A stretch of DNA of 64,000 bases from Bacillota bacterium (GTDB lineage Bacteria; Bacillota; Sulfobacillia; Fermentithermobacillales; Fermentithermobacillaceae): the NCBI GenBank assembly GCA_040880305.1, contig JBBDIP010000043.1:12730-76729 (forward strand). Reading direction: 5' to 3'. Position numbers and translations under genes: made by a program. The notes under the pieces were generated by a model. The model saw only the letters and a program-made list of their open reading frames with translations. It made no database searches and had not been told where the DNA came from. Shown piece by piece: positions 48,169 to 57,495 of the stretch (positions within the stretch are counted from its first letter, which is position 1; every line of letters begins with the position of its first letter).

Positions 48169-49829
48169 TCGGACTGTCTTTGGGTGACTGCGTGCACGTG
48201 GCGGGAGTCCTGAATTTCCTGGACTTGGCGGAGCAACAGGGCTACCGGACGGTCTTCGCCGGTGCGGCGAAATCGCCGGAGGAGGCAGCGGAAATAGCGG
48301 AAAAGGAACGGGCGGAAGTGCTTGCTGTTGGATACAGGTTGGACCCGGACGCCGCAAGGAACCTGTTTCGGAGGCTAAAAGAGGCTCTCGCGGAGCGAGG
48401 CATATCACCTGACCTCCTGTTTGGGGGAACCCCGCCTGTCGCTGAAGTAGCTGAAGCCGAAGGTATGTTCCGCGCCGTGTTTTCCGGTCGTGAGGACGTC
48501 GACGAGGTCATCGCCTTCCTCCGCGGCGTCTCTTCGGCCAAGCGGCGCGAGGATTACCCCGCTGACGTGGTCGGCCGCATCGAGAGCAAGGCGCCGTATC
48601 CGATTCTGAGGCACCACTTCGGCCTGCCATCGATGGATAACACGCTGCGAGGTGTGCGGGAGATCGCCGAGTCAGGCGTCCTGGACGTGATATCCCTGGG
48701 CCCGGACCAGAACGCGCAAGAGTGCTTCTTCCGGCCCGACGAGATGGACCACGACCAGGATGGATCGGGCGGAGTCCCGATGCGCTCTTCCGCGGACCTT
48801 GAGGCGCTGTACGAGGCCGGAAGGCGCGGCAATCACCCTTTGATGCGATGTTACAGCGGAACGCGCGACGTAATTCGCTTTGCCGAAGTGCTCCGGACCA
48901 CCATACACAACGCATGGGCCGCAGTGCCGCTGTGCTGGTATAACGTGCTGGACAGGCGAGGTCCCAGAGGCGTTGCGGAGTCGATTGAGGAAGGGCAGCG
49001 TTCGATGGCCTGGCACGCCGAGAGGGGCATACCCGTCGAAGTCAACGAGTCCCACCACTGGAGCCTTCGCGACGCGCCTGACGTGGTGGCCGTCGCGGCT
49101 TTCTACCTGGCAGCCTACAACGCGAAGAAGGCCGGCGTGCGTAACTACGTGGCCCAGTTCATGTTCAACACTCCTCCTGGCACGACCGCGGCGATGGACC
49201 TCGGCAAGATGCTGGCCAAACTGGAACTCATCCGCACGCTTGAGGGAGAGAACTTCAGGGTATGGCGACAGGTCAGGGCGGGGCTCGCTAGCTTCCCGGT
49301 CGACCTGGATCAGGCGCGAGGGCAGCTGGCTACATCCACTTTGGTGAGCATGAACCTGCGTCCCCACATCGTGCATGTAGTGGGCTACTGCGAGGGACAG
49401 CACATCGCGCAGGCGTCCGAGGTCATCGAGAGCTGCAAGATAGCCCGGGGAGTAATCCGCAATTGCCTATCCGGGATGCCCGACATGACAAAGGACACCG
49501 CGGTGCAGCGCAGGCGCGACCGGCTGGTGGAAGATGCCCGCACGCTCCTTAACGCGATAGAGGAACTGCACGACATGCGCCGCGGGGAGGCTGCAGGCAG
49601 CGACCCATTCACCGACCCCGTGACGCTGGCCCTGGCGATCCAAACCGGCCTGCTCGACGCCCCTCATCTTACGGGCAATCCGCATGCGTGCGGCGCCATA
49701 TCAACCTCTATCGTAGGCGGAGCCTGTGTCGCGGTCGACCCCGTCACGCGCGCGCCGCTGATCGAAGAAGCCAGGGTTGGGGCGATATTGGGCTCGGTCC
49801 CCGGCACCCGGCTGGCTGCCGGGCTTTAG
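48147..49829 (+). CDS. B12-binding-like domain fused to a mutase-like TIM-barrel domain (operon gene 3), function unknown
   Basis: The N-terminus IGLSLGDCVHVAGVLNFLD resembles the DxHxxG cobalamin loop with one extra residue. The C-terminal roughly 430 aa loosely recall the GlmE/KamD large subunits (WYNVLD..., GIPVEVNES...). It overlaps the gene 2 end. Confidence 0.55.
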   Translation: MSRNRRMIGLSLGDCVHVAGVLNFLDLAEQQGYRTVFAGAAKSPEEAAEIAEKERAEVLAVGYRLDPDAARNLFRRLKEALAERGISPDLLFGGTPPVAEVAEAEGMFRAVFSGREDVDEVIAFLRGVSSAKRREDYPADVVGRIESKAPYPILRHHFGLPSMDNTLRGVREIAESGVLDVISLGPDQNAQECFFRPDEMDHDQDGSGGVPMRSSADLEALYEAGRRGNHPLMRCYSGTRDVIRFAEVLRTTIHNAWAAVPLCWYNVLDRRGPRGVAESIEEGQRSMAWHAERGIPVEVNESHHWSLRDAPDVVAVAAFYLAAYNAKKAGVRNYVAQFMFNTPPGTTAAMDLGKMLAKLELIRTLEGENFRVWRQVRAGLASFPVDLDQARGQLATSTLVSMNLRPHIVHVVGYCEGQHIAQASEVIESCKIARGVIRNCLSGMPDMTKDTAVQRRRDRLVEDARTLLNAIEELHDMRRGEAAGSDPFTDPVTLALAIQTGLLDAPHLTGNPHACGAISTSIVGGACVAVDPVTRAPLIEEARVGAILGSVPGTRLAAGL

Positions 49830-49856
49830 GCGGACTGAGTAGGAGGGGAAAGTGCC

Positions 49857-50900
49857 ATGAGTTACAGTCTGCGGATCGCGGTCCTGTGGCGCCCGGGCCG
49901 CAACGTCGAGATGCAGCAAGCGTTTTCTGGCGGGGCGATTGCTGACGATGCGCAGGAAGAGGCGGAACTACTGAGGGACGGCCTGGCCGACGCTGGCCAC
50001 CACGCGTTCCTGGTCCAGTGGCGCAGAGACGATATTGCGAGAACACTTCACGATCTGCGACGCTTCTCGGTCGACCTGGTGTTCAACGCCTCGTCGGACC
50101 AGGAGGTCTGTCTGCTTCATGCAGCGGGCATCCCTTATTGCGGGTCGGGACCTGATCTGGTCACCACCAGCAAGGCTACCCGAAAGAAAATCCTCATGTA
50201 TGCCGGTCTGCGGACATCGCCGTTCGTCGTTATTGGCCGAGAGGGCAAGGTGACGGGCGGCGGATTGACTCTCGAGGATCTCCGAAGGGGATGGGAGCCA
50301 AGGAAGCCTCTCCAATACCCGCTGTTTGTCAAGCCGATCGCTGGACGGGGAAGCTCCGGGGTCTCCGACGACTCGATCGTCTACGACCTGCCATCGCTTA
50401 TCCGGCAAGTCGAGATGATCGTCTGCCGTCTGGGGCAGGGGGCCCTCGTCGAGAACTACCTCGTGGGGCAGGAGGTCACAGTGGGGATCATCGGCGATCC
50501 CCCGGTGGCGCTGACTCCGCTCGAGATCGAGTACAACGGAGCTAAGACCAATACATACGAGCACAAGATGGACAAGGAGATAATGCACTGCCCGGCACGG
50601 TTGTCCCCTCTGGCCACGACCAGGGTCCAGGATACCGCCAGGCGAGTCTTCGACGTGCTTGGAGCGCGCGACTTTGCCCGGGTCGACACCATCGTCGACA
50701 AAGAAGGATTGCCCCACGTCCTGGAGATTAACACGTTTGCGGGTCTTCACATCCTTACGGGAATCGAGAAGCGCGCGCACGCCAGTTACATCGGTGTAAT
50801 GGCCAAAGCCAGCGGGCTCTCGCGCGCGGCCCTCCTGGACGCCATCACGTCTTCGGCCATGACGCGGTCTCGGCGGTCCGCGGCAAATGCCTGCCCTTGA
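49857..50900 (+). CDS. D-Ala-D-Ala ligase-family ATP-grasp ligase (operon gene 4)
   Basis: Motifs YPLFVKPIAGRGSSGV and LEINTFAG. RBS GGAGGGG precedes the start. Confidence 0.75.
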   Translation: MSYSLRIAVLWRPGRNVEMQQAFSGGAIADDAQEEAELLRDGLADAGHHAFLVQWRRDDIARTLHDLRRFSVDLVFNASSDQEVCLLHAAGIPYCGSGPDLVTTSKATRKKILMYAGLRTSPFVVIGREGKVTGGGLTLEDLRRGWEPRKPLQYPLFVKPIAGRGSSGVSDDSIVYDLPSLIRQVEMIVCRLGQGALVENYLVGQEVTVGIIGDPPVALTPLEIEYNGAKTNTYEHKMDKEIMHCPARLSPLATTRVQDTARRVFDVLGARDFARVDTIVDKEGLPHVLEINTFAGLHILTGIEKRAHASYIGVMAKASGLSRAALLDAITSSAMTRSRRSAANACP

Positions 50901-50936
50901 CTTGGACGGTTATGAGCCTGAACAGGGCAACTTCCC

Positions 50937-50965
50937 TTGACCCTATCTACCCTTTCGGGTAGAAT
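50937..50965 (+). promoter_or_regulatory. Sigma-A-type promoter for the tRNA array
   Basis: TTGACC, 17-nt spacer, TAGAAT. It lies about 50 nt upstream of tRNA-Trp. Confidence 0.6.
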
Positions 50966-51017
50966 ATTGCATGCGGCCGGGCGACCGGCTTTGCATGTTT
51001 GGCAGAGTGCTAAGCGT

Positions 51018-51091
<74 letters not shown>

Positions 51092-51093
51092 GC

Positions 51094-51169
51094 GCGCCTG
51101 TAGCTCAGTGGATAGAGCACCTGCCTTCTAAGCAGGGAGTCGAAGGTTCGATTCCTTCCAGGCGCGCCA
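51094..51169 (+). tRNA. trnR: tRNA-Arg (UCU)
   Basis: Acceptor GCGCCTG/CAGGCGC. Anticodon loop CTTCTAA. CCA is encoded. It lies 2 nt after tRNA-Trp. Confidence 0.9.
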
Positions 51170-51190
51170 AATAGGGTTGTTGAGATGCGT

Positions 51191-51268
51191 GGTGGATGTA
51201 GCTCAGTTGGTTAGAGCGCCAGGTTGTGGCCCTGGAGGCCACGGGTTCGAGCCCCGTCATTCACCCCA
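51191..51268 (+). tRNA. trnH: tRNA-His (GUG)
   Basis: Extra G at position -1. Anticodon loop TTGTGGC. CCA is encoded. Confidence 0.9.
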
Positions 51269-51300
51269 ATTTTGATGGATCGTTCAGAGTCCCGGTTCGG

Positions 51301-51377
51301 GCGCCCGTAGCGCAACTGGACAGAGCTACAGACTTCGGATCTGTGGGTTGCAGGTTCGAGTCCTGCCGGGCGCACCA
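51301..51377 (+). tRNA. trnR: tRNA-Arg (UCG)
   Basis: Acceptor GCGCCCG/CGGGCGC. Anticodon loop CTTCGGA. CCA is encoded. Confidence 0.88.
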
Positions 51378-51383
51378 TTTTGC

Positions 51384-51458
51384 TGGGGCGTGGCCAAGCG
51401 GTAAGGCATCAGCCTTTGGAGCTGACATCCGCAGGTTCGAACCCTGCCGCCCCAGCCA
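51384..51458 (+). tRNA. trnQ: tRNA-Gln (UUG)
   Basis: Acceptor TGGGGCG/CGCCCCA. Anticodon loop CTTTGGA. CCA is encoded. Confidence 0.9.
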
Positions 51459-51463
51459 AGTTT

Positions 51464-51538
51464 GGGCCATTAGCTCAGTGGTAGAGCACCCGCCTTTTAA
51501 GCGGGGAGTCGATGGTTCGAGTCCATCATGGCCCACCA
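51464..51538 (+). tRNA. trnK: tRNA-Lys (UUU)
   Basis: Acceptor GGGCCAT/ATGGCCC. Anticodon loop CTTTTAA. CCA is encoded. Confidence 0.9.
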
Positions 51539-51569
51539 CGATTCTCCGAGAATATAATAAGGAGCAGGA

Positions 51570-51655
51570 GCGAGGGTGTCGGAACTGGCAGACGAGCTGG
51601 ACTTAGGATCCAGTGCCCTTAAGGCGTAGGGGTTCAAATCCCCTCCCTCGCACCA
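51570..51655 (+). tRNA. trnL: tRNA-Leu (UAG)
   Basis: Long variable arm. Anticodon loop CTTAGGA. Acceptor GCGAGGG/CCCTCGC. CCA is encoded. Confidence 0.9.
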
Positions 51656-51664
51656 ACAAATGAT

Positions 51665-51684
51665 GCGGCTATGCCGCTTTTTTT
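51665..51684 (+). terminator. Intrinsic terminator after the tRNA array
   Basis: GCGGC-TAT-GCCGC followed by TTTTTTT. Confidence 0.7.
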
Positions 51685-51698
51685 ACGTCCTGGGTTTC

Positions 51699-51707
51699 TG
51701 GTAATAT
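51699..51707 (+). promoter_or_regulatory. Extended -10 element upstream of tig
   Basis: TGgTAATAT, about 35 nt before the tig GTG. No clear -35 element. Confidence 0.4.
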
Positions 51708-51741
51708 AGTAAAGATTGGCTTTCCTAAGGAGGACCAAACT

Positions 51742-53145
51742 GTGGTAAAGGTCAACGTGGAAAAACTTGACGGTTCCAAAGTATCTCTCACTGTTGAAGC
51801 CCCCGCAAGTGTCGTGGACACCGCGCTCGACAAGGCATACAAGACCGTGGTCAAACGGATTAACGTCCCCGGGTTCCGTCGCGGTAAAGCGCCCAGGTAC
51901 ATACTGGAGCGTCACTTCGGTAAGGAAGTACTGTACGAGGACGCCATGAAGGAAGCGCTGCCCGAGCAGTACGTCGAAGCGGTGAAAGAAGCCAAGATTG
52001 AGCCGGTGGACGACCCCGATTTCGACGACGTCCACTTCAAGCAGGGCGAGCCCCTGACCTTCAAGGCCACGGTCTTTGTCATCCCGGAAGTGAAACTTGA
52101 CGACTACAGCGACTTATCGGTTGCCTACGAACCCCCCTTAGTCAGCGATGAGGATGTGAATGGGCAGGTCAATTACCTGCGAGAGAGGATGGCCGAACTC
52201 CGCCCGTTGGACGAAGGCCAGGTTCTGGAAGCGGGCGATTCGGCCTCTTGTCATGCAAAGGGCATCGAAGGCGGCTCGTTTAAGGCGGAGATCGACCAGG
52301 ACTTCTCCTACGTCGAGGTGGGCCGCGAGAATGCCTTAGTCCCGGGCATGGGCGAGGCTCTTAAGGGCATGAAGAAGGGCGAGGTCAAGGAGTTCACCGG
52401 CACATACCCTTCCGATGAAGTCAAGGAAGGCGAGACTAAGCAGCCCGAACAGCCCAGAGATTCAAAGTTCCAAGTAGAGGTGAAGGAGTGCCACAGGAAG
52501 CACTTCCCCTCTGAGGAAGATTTTCTCAAGAACCTCTCAAAGGCGACGATGGATGAAGTGAGGGAGGACCTGCGGGTTCGCATGCTGGCTGCCAGGACCG
52601 ACACTGCAAGGCGGCAGCAGAGCGACAAGGTTGAGGACGCCCTCCTTGCCAAGGCCACGGTGGAGATTCCCCAGGTCATGATCGAGCGCAAGCAGGAGGA
52701 GCTCTTTGAGCGGTTCGCCCAGAGACTTCAGGACGCAGGCGCCAATGTCGACTCCTACCTGCGGTCTACGGGTCGGGCTCCGGAAGACATCGCCAAGGAC
52801 TTCTTGACCGAAGCCGAAAAGGAAGTTAAGCGGGAACTGGTGCTTGACGCCGTGATTTCCAAAGAGAATGTCAAGGTCTCCGATGAGGCCGTCAATAAGG
52901 TAGTGGAGGCGCTGGCCAGACAGACCGGCAAGGACGTTGAAGCGGTGAAGACTACTCTGGAGCTTCGCGGAGCGCTGGCCGACATTGAGCACAACCTCCT
53001 GAGAGTCGAAGCTCTCAAAAAGATCGCAGTCCTCGCTGCCGAGAAAGCGGGCGTCCCTCTACCCGAGGATAAGTCTGCGGAGCCATCGGAAGAGAAGCCT
53101 GCTGAGCCGTCGGAGGAGAAGCCCGCCGAACCGGAGGCCAAATGA
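51742..53145 (+). CDS. tig: Trigger factor
   Basis: N-terminus VKVNVEKLDGSKVSLTVE and FRRGKAPR. AAGGAGG RBS. Repetitive C-terminal tail (EPSEEKPA repeated). Confidence 0.95.
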   Translation: MVKVNVEKLDGSKVSLTVEAPASVVDTALDKAYKTVVKRINVPGFRRGKAPRYILERHFGKEVLYEDAMKEALPEQYVEAVKEAKIEPVDDPDFDDVHFKQGEPLTFKATVFVIPEVKLDDYSDLSVAYEPPLVSDEDVNGQVNYLRERMAELRPLDEGQVLEAGDSASCHAKGIEGGSFKAEIDQDFSYVEVGRENALVPGMGEALKGMKKGEVKEFTGTYPSDEVKEGETKQPEQPRDSKFQVEVKECHRKHFPSEEDFLKNLSKATMDEVREDLRVRMLAARTDTARRQQSDKVEDALLAKATVEIPQVMIERKQEELFERFAQRLQDAGANVDSYLRSTGRAPEDIAKDFLTEAEKEVKRELVLDAVISKENVKVSDEAVNKVVEALARQTGKDVEAVKTTLELRGALADIEHNLLRVEALKKIAVLAAEKAGVPLPEDKSAEPSEEKPAEPSEEKPAEPEAK

Positions 53146-53224
53146 GCCCCGTCGCCGGATGCTATAATGTAAGTGGGCGGGAAAAGATAACTCTCGCCAT
53201 CTCGAAGAAACGGAGGTACGAGAC

Positions 53225-53824
53225 ATGGGTTACCTTGTTCCGATGGTTGTTGAACAGACAGGCAGGGGCGAACGGTCCTACGACATATACTCCAGGCTGC
53301 TAAAAGATAGGATAGTCTTCGTCGGGACTCAACTCGACGACCAAGTAGCCAACCTCGTCGTGGCCCAGCTTCTGTTCCTTCAGGCTGAAGATCCTGACAA
53401 GGAAGTCTCCATATACATCAACTCACCAGGCGGGTCGGTTACCGCTGGTCTGGCCATTTACGATACCATGCAGCACATCAAGTCGCCGGTCTCTACGATC
53501 TGCGTCGGCCTTGCGGCCAGCATGGCTGCCGTGCTGCTGGCGGGCGGGACCAAGGGCAGGAGATACTGCCTTCCCAACGCCAAGACCCTGATTCACCAGC
53601 CTCTCGGAGGGGTCCAGGGGCAGGCGACCGAAGTACAGATCGCCGCAAAGGAGATCCTGCGGACAAAAGAGCTCATCAACAAGATTTTGGCCAAACACAC
53701 TGGCCAGCCTCTCGATAAGATAGAGAGAGACACCGAGCGGGATTTTTGGCTGAGCGCCGATGAATCCAAGGCGTACGGTCTGGTGGACGACATACTCGTC
53801 CCGGGTGCCAAAACCGCGAAATAA
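53225..53824 (+). CDS. clpP: ATP-dependent Clp protease proteolytic subunit
   Basis: Motifs [47 protein letters not shown]. Confidence 0.95.
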   Translation: MGYLVPMVVEQTGRGERSYDIYSRLLKDRIVFVGTQLDDQVANLVVAQLLFLQAEDPDKEVSIYINSPGGSVTAGLAIYDTMQHIKSPVSTICVGLAASMAAVLLAGGTKGRRYCLPNAKTLIHQPLGGVQGQATEVQIAAKEILRTKELINKILAKHTGQPLDKIERDTERDFWLSADESKAYGLVDDILVPGAKTAK

Positions 53825-53837
53825 CCGAGGTGACGGG

Positions 53838-55100
<1,263 letters not shown>

Positions 55101-55140
55101 CAGGCCAGTTACCTGTGAAGCAGTGCGATGAGCATATATG

Positions 55141-55170
55141 AACGGCCCCTCGCTAGCGCGGGGGGCCGTT
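55141..55170 (+). terminator. GC-rich hairpin after clpX
   Basis: 9-bp stem AACGGCCCC/GGGGCCGTT with an inner CGC/GCG extension. The T-tail is only short. Confidence 0.55.
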
Positions 55171-55179
55171 TCAGTCATG

Positions 55180-55373
55180 CGCCCGCCGGGGCTCCAGTGC
55201 CAATTAGATTTGCACTGACCGTCGGTTTCGGGCTTCCGGGGGGCTTCAGTGCCAATTAGATTTGCACTGACTGTCGATTTGGAGCTTCCGAGATGCTTCA
55301 GTGCCAATTAGATTTGCACTGACCCTCGGTTTCGGGCTTCCGGGGGGCTTCAGTGCCAATTAGGTTTGCACTG
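55180..55373. repeat. Tandem array (about 3.6 copies, 52-bp period) of a unit containing the palindrome CAGTGC-N11-GCACTG
   Basis: Copies start at 55195, 55247, 55299 and 55351. The inter-palindrome segments are mutually homologous (ACCGTCGGTTTCGGGCTTCCGGGGGGCTT and variants). Confidence 0.85.
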
Positions 55374-55390
55374 GATCGGCTACTCCGCGG

Positions 55391-55579
55391 TCACATCCAC
55401 TTGCACGCCCACTCGTCGGCCTGCATGCGCTTGAAGCCCAACACGTCGTATAGCCTCCACGCTGCGATGTTGCCGAGGACCACGGAAGTCTCCACCACCG
55501 CGTGTCCGCGGGCGCGCAGGACGTCACGCAGTGCTGCATAAGCGCTTGGGACAACTCCTTTCTTCCCTGCCCGCCGCAA
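55391..55579 (-). pseudogene. C-terminal fragment of a GNAT acetyltransferase
   Basis: AGKKGVVPSAYAALRDVLRARGHAVVETSVVLGNIAAWRLYDVLGFKR is a GNAT motif A/B region. There is no room for the N-terminal half before lonB. Confidence 0.5.
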
Positions 55580-55647
55580 GTCCTCTCATAATCCTCGCGT
55601 GAAAGGCAGAACCTAGCTTGTGAAGCAGAGCTTAAGGGGCCGAAAAC

Positions 55648-57306
55648 ATGCTCGATTCCGGAATCCTCGTCTACCTGCAGTTGTTCCTGGCCATCGTCAT
55701 GGGGCTGTACTTTTGGAACCTGGTGAAGTCCCAGGAAGGCCAGAAAATCGCCGTTGGGCGCGAGTCCAAAAGGGAAATGGAGCGCCTCCGCCTGATGCGG
55801 CAAGTCAGGCTGACTGAGCCACTGAGCGAAAAGACCAGGCCCGCCAACCTTACGGAAGTCATCGGCCAGGAGGAAGGGATAAGGGCGCTGAAAGCCGCTC
55901 TGTGCGGGCCTAACCCCCAGCACGTCCTCATCTATGGACCGCCAGGGATAGGGAAGACCGCCGCCGCCAGGCTGGTCTTGGAAGAAGCCAAGCGGAGCCC
56001 GCTTTCGCCCTTCAAGAAGGACGCCAAGTTCGTGGAGATGGACGCGACCATCGCCCGCTTCGACGAGCGGGGGATCGCCGATCCCCTGATCGGGTCGGTC
56101 CACGACCCCATCTACCAGGGGGCGGGGGCCATGGGCGTAGCCGGGATCCCGCAACCAAAGCCCGGCGCGGTCACAAAGGCGCACGGCGGCATCCTTTTCC
56201 TCGACGAGATAGGCGAACTCCATCCGGTTCAGATGAACAAGCTGTTGAAAGTCCTGGAAGATAGGAAGGTATTCCTGGAGAGCGCCTACTACTCCCAGGA
56301 TGACACCAATATCCCCGAGCACATACACGACATGTTCCAGAACGGGCTGCCGGCCGACTTCCGGCTGGTTGGCGCGACCACCAAGACTCCCGAGGACATC
56401 ACACCGGCTCTGCGGTCCAGGTGCCTGGAGGTGTTCTTCGGAGCTCTGTCAGCCGACGAAGTTGGAGTGATAGCCGCAGGCGCCTCCCGGAAAGCGGGGG
56501 TCAGCATCGACGACCGGGCTGTCGAGATGATAAGGAAGTATGCCGACAACGGCAGGGACGCTGTGAACCTGGTGCAACTGGCTGCCGGAGTGATCCTTGT
56601 GGAGAACAGGACGACCATCCTGCTCAAGGACATCGAGTGGATCGTCTCGCAGGGTCACCACGCGCCCCGGCCCGTGCCCAGGATTCCGCTGGGACCATCG
56701 GTCGGCGTGGTACTCGGTCTCGCGGTCTACGGTTCTGGCACGGCCTGCGTGATAGACGTCGAGGCGCAGGTTGTCCAGGACGTCCAGGGGCGGCGGGGAG
56801 ACGTCATCATCACCGGCATCATCGACGAGGAAGAGATGGGGAAAGGGGCCCACGTTGTGCGGCGCAAGAGCATGGCCCTTTCCTCGGTGGAGAACGTGCG
56901 GACCGCGCTGGCTGGCACTACCGAGCTCAACCCGTACCACTATGATATGCATGTGAACTTCCCCGGCGGGACGCCGGTGGACGGTCCGTCAGCGGGTCTC
57001 GCCATAGCTGTCAGCATGTACTCCGCCATGAAAGGCGTCCCCGTTTCTCCAGACACAGCCTACACAGGCGAGGTGTCGATCAGAGGCGAGATCTGCGCGG
57101 TCGGCGGGGTGGACCAGAAGATCCACGCCGCGGAAGAAGCCGGCCTATCTAAGGTCTACATCCCGCAAGCTAACTGGCAGGAGCGGTATTCGGCCATGAA
57201 ACTCCACGTCATACCCGTGTCGTCGCTGGCCGACGTGCTCGCCGTCTTGGACAGTCCCGCGCCTCTAAGGGTCCGAGTGGCGTCACATGCAGCGCTTGAC
57301 CAGTGA
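55648..57306 (+). CDS. lonB: Sporulation-type membrane-anchored protease LonB
   Basis: N-terminal TM segment with LYFWNLVK. LSEKTRP...VIGQEEGIRALKAALCGPNPQHVLIYGPPGIGKTAAARLVLEEAK is nearly colinear with remembered B. subtilis LonB. The C-terminus has DGPSAGLAIAV. Confidence 0.9.
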   Translation: MLDSGILVYLQLFLAIVMGLYFWNLVKSQEGQKIAVGRESKREMERLRLMRQVRLTEPLSEKTRPANLTEVIGQEEGIRALKAALCGPNPQHVLIYGPPGIGKTAAARLVLEEAKRSPLSPFKKDAKFVEMDATIARFDERGIADPLIGSVHDPIYQGAGAMGVAGIPQPKPGAVTKAHGGILFLDEIGELHPVQMNKLLKVLEDRKVFLESAYYSQDDTNIPEHIHDMFQNGLPADFRLVGATTKTPEDITPALRSRCLEVFFGALSADEVGVIAAGASRKAGVSIDDRAVEMIRKYADNGRDAVNLVQLAAGVILVENRTTILLKDIEWIVSQGHHAPRPVPRIPLGPSVGVVLGLAVYGSGTACVIDVEAQVVQDVQGRRGDVIITGIIDEEEMGKGAHVVRRKSMALSSVENVRTALAGTTELNPYHYDMHVNFPGGTPVDGPSAGLAIAVSMYSAMKGVPVSPDTAYTGEVSIRGEICAVGGVDQKIHAAEEAGLSKVYIPQANWQERYSAMKLHVIPVSSLADVLAVLDSPAPLRVRVASHAALDQ

Positions 57307-57495
57307 CAGGTTTCTCCCCCGGTAGTACTCGTGGCTCATTTTTTGAGCGCTTGGCTATCGGCTTGCCCCTCGAACACCTGCTTAGCAGGGCGTCCACCTC
57401 CGCGGACCATTGCTTACCATTAATACGCTGCAGGACTTGCCAGAGACTAACGAGAATATAAGTCTCGCGTTCTTCTAAGCCATGTCACTTCGAGT

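Noticed and set aside
51226-51606. 126-aa ORF (and the 92-aa antisense ORF) across the tRNA array
   Set aside because: Five hand-folded tRNAs (the 3-prime end of tRNA-His, then Arg-UCG, Gln, Lys and the start of Leu) occupy the interval.
55180-55373. Possible small CRISPR array (23-nt palindromic repeats with about 29-nt spacers)
   Set aside because: The spacer segments are homologous to one another, so the whole 52-bp unit is tandemly repeated. No cas genes or leader are nearby.
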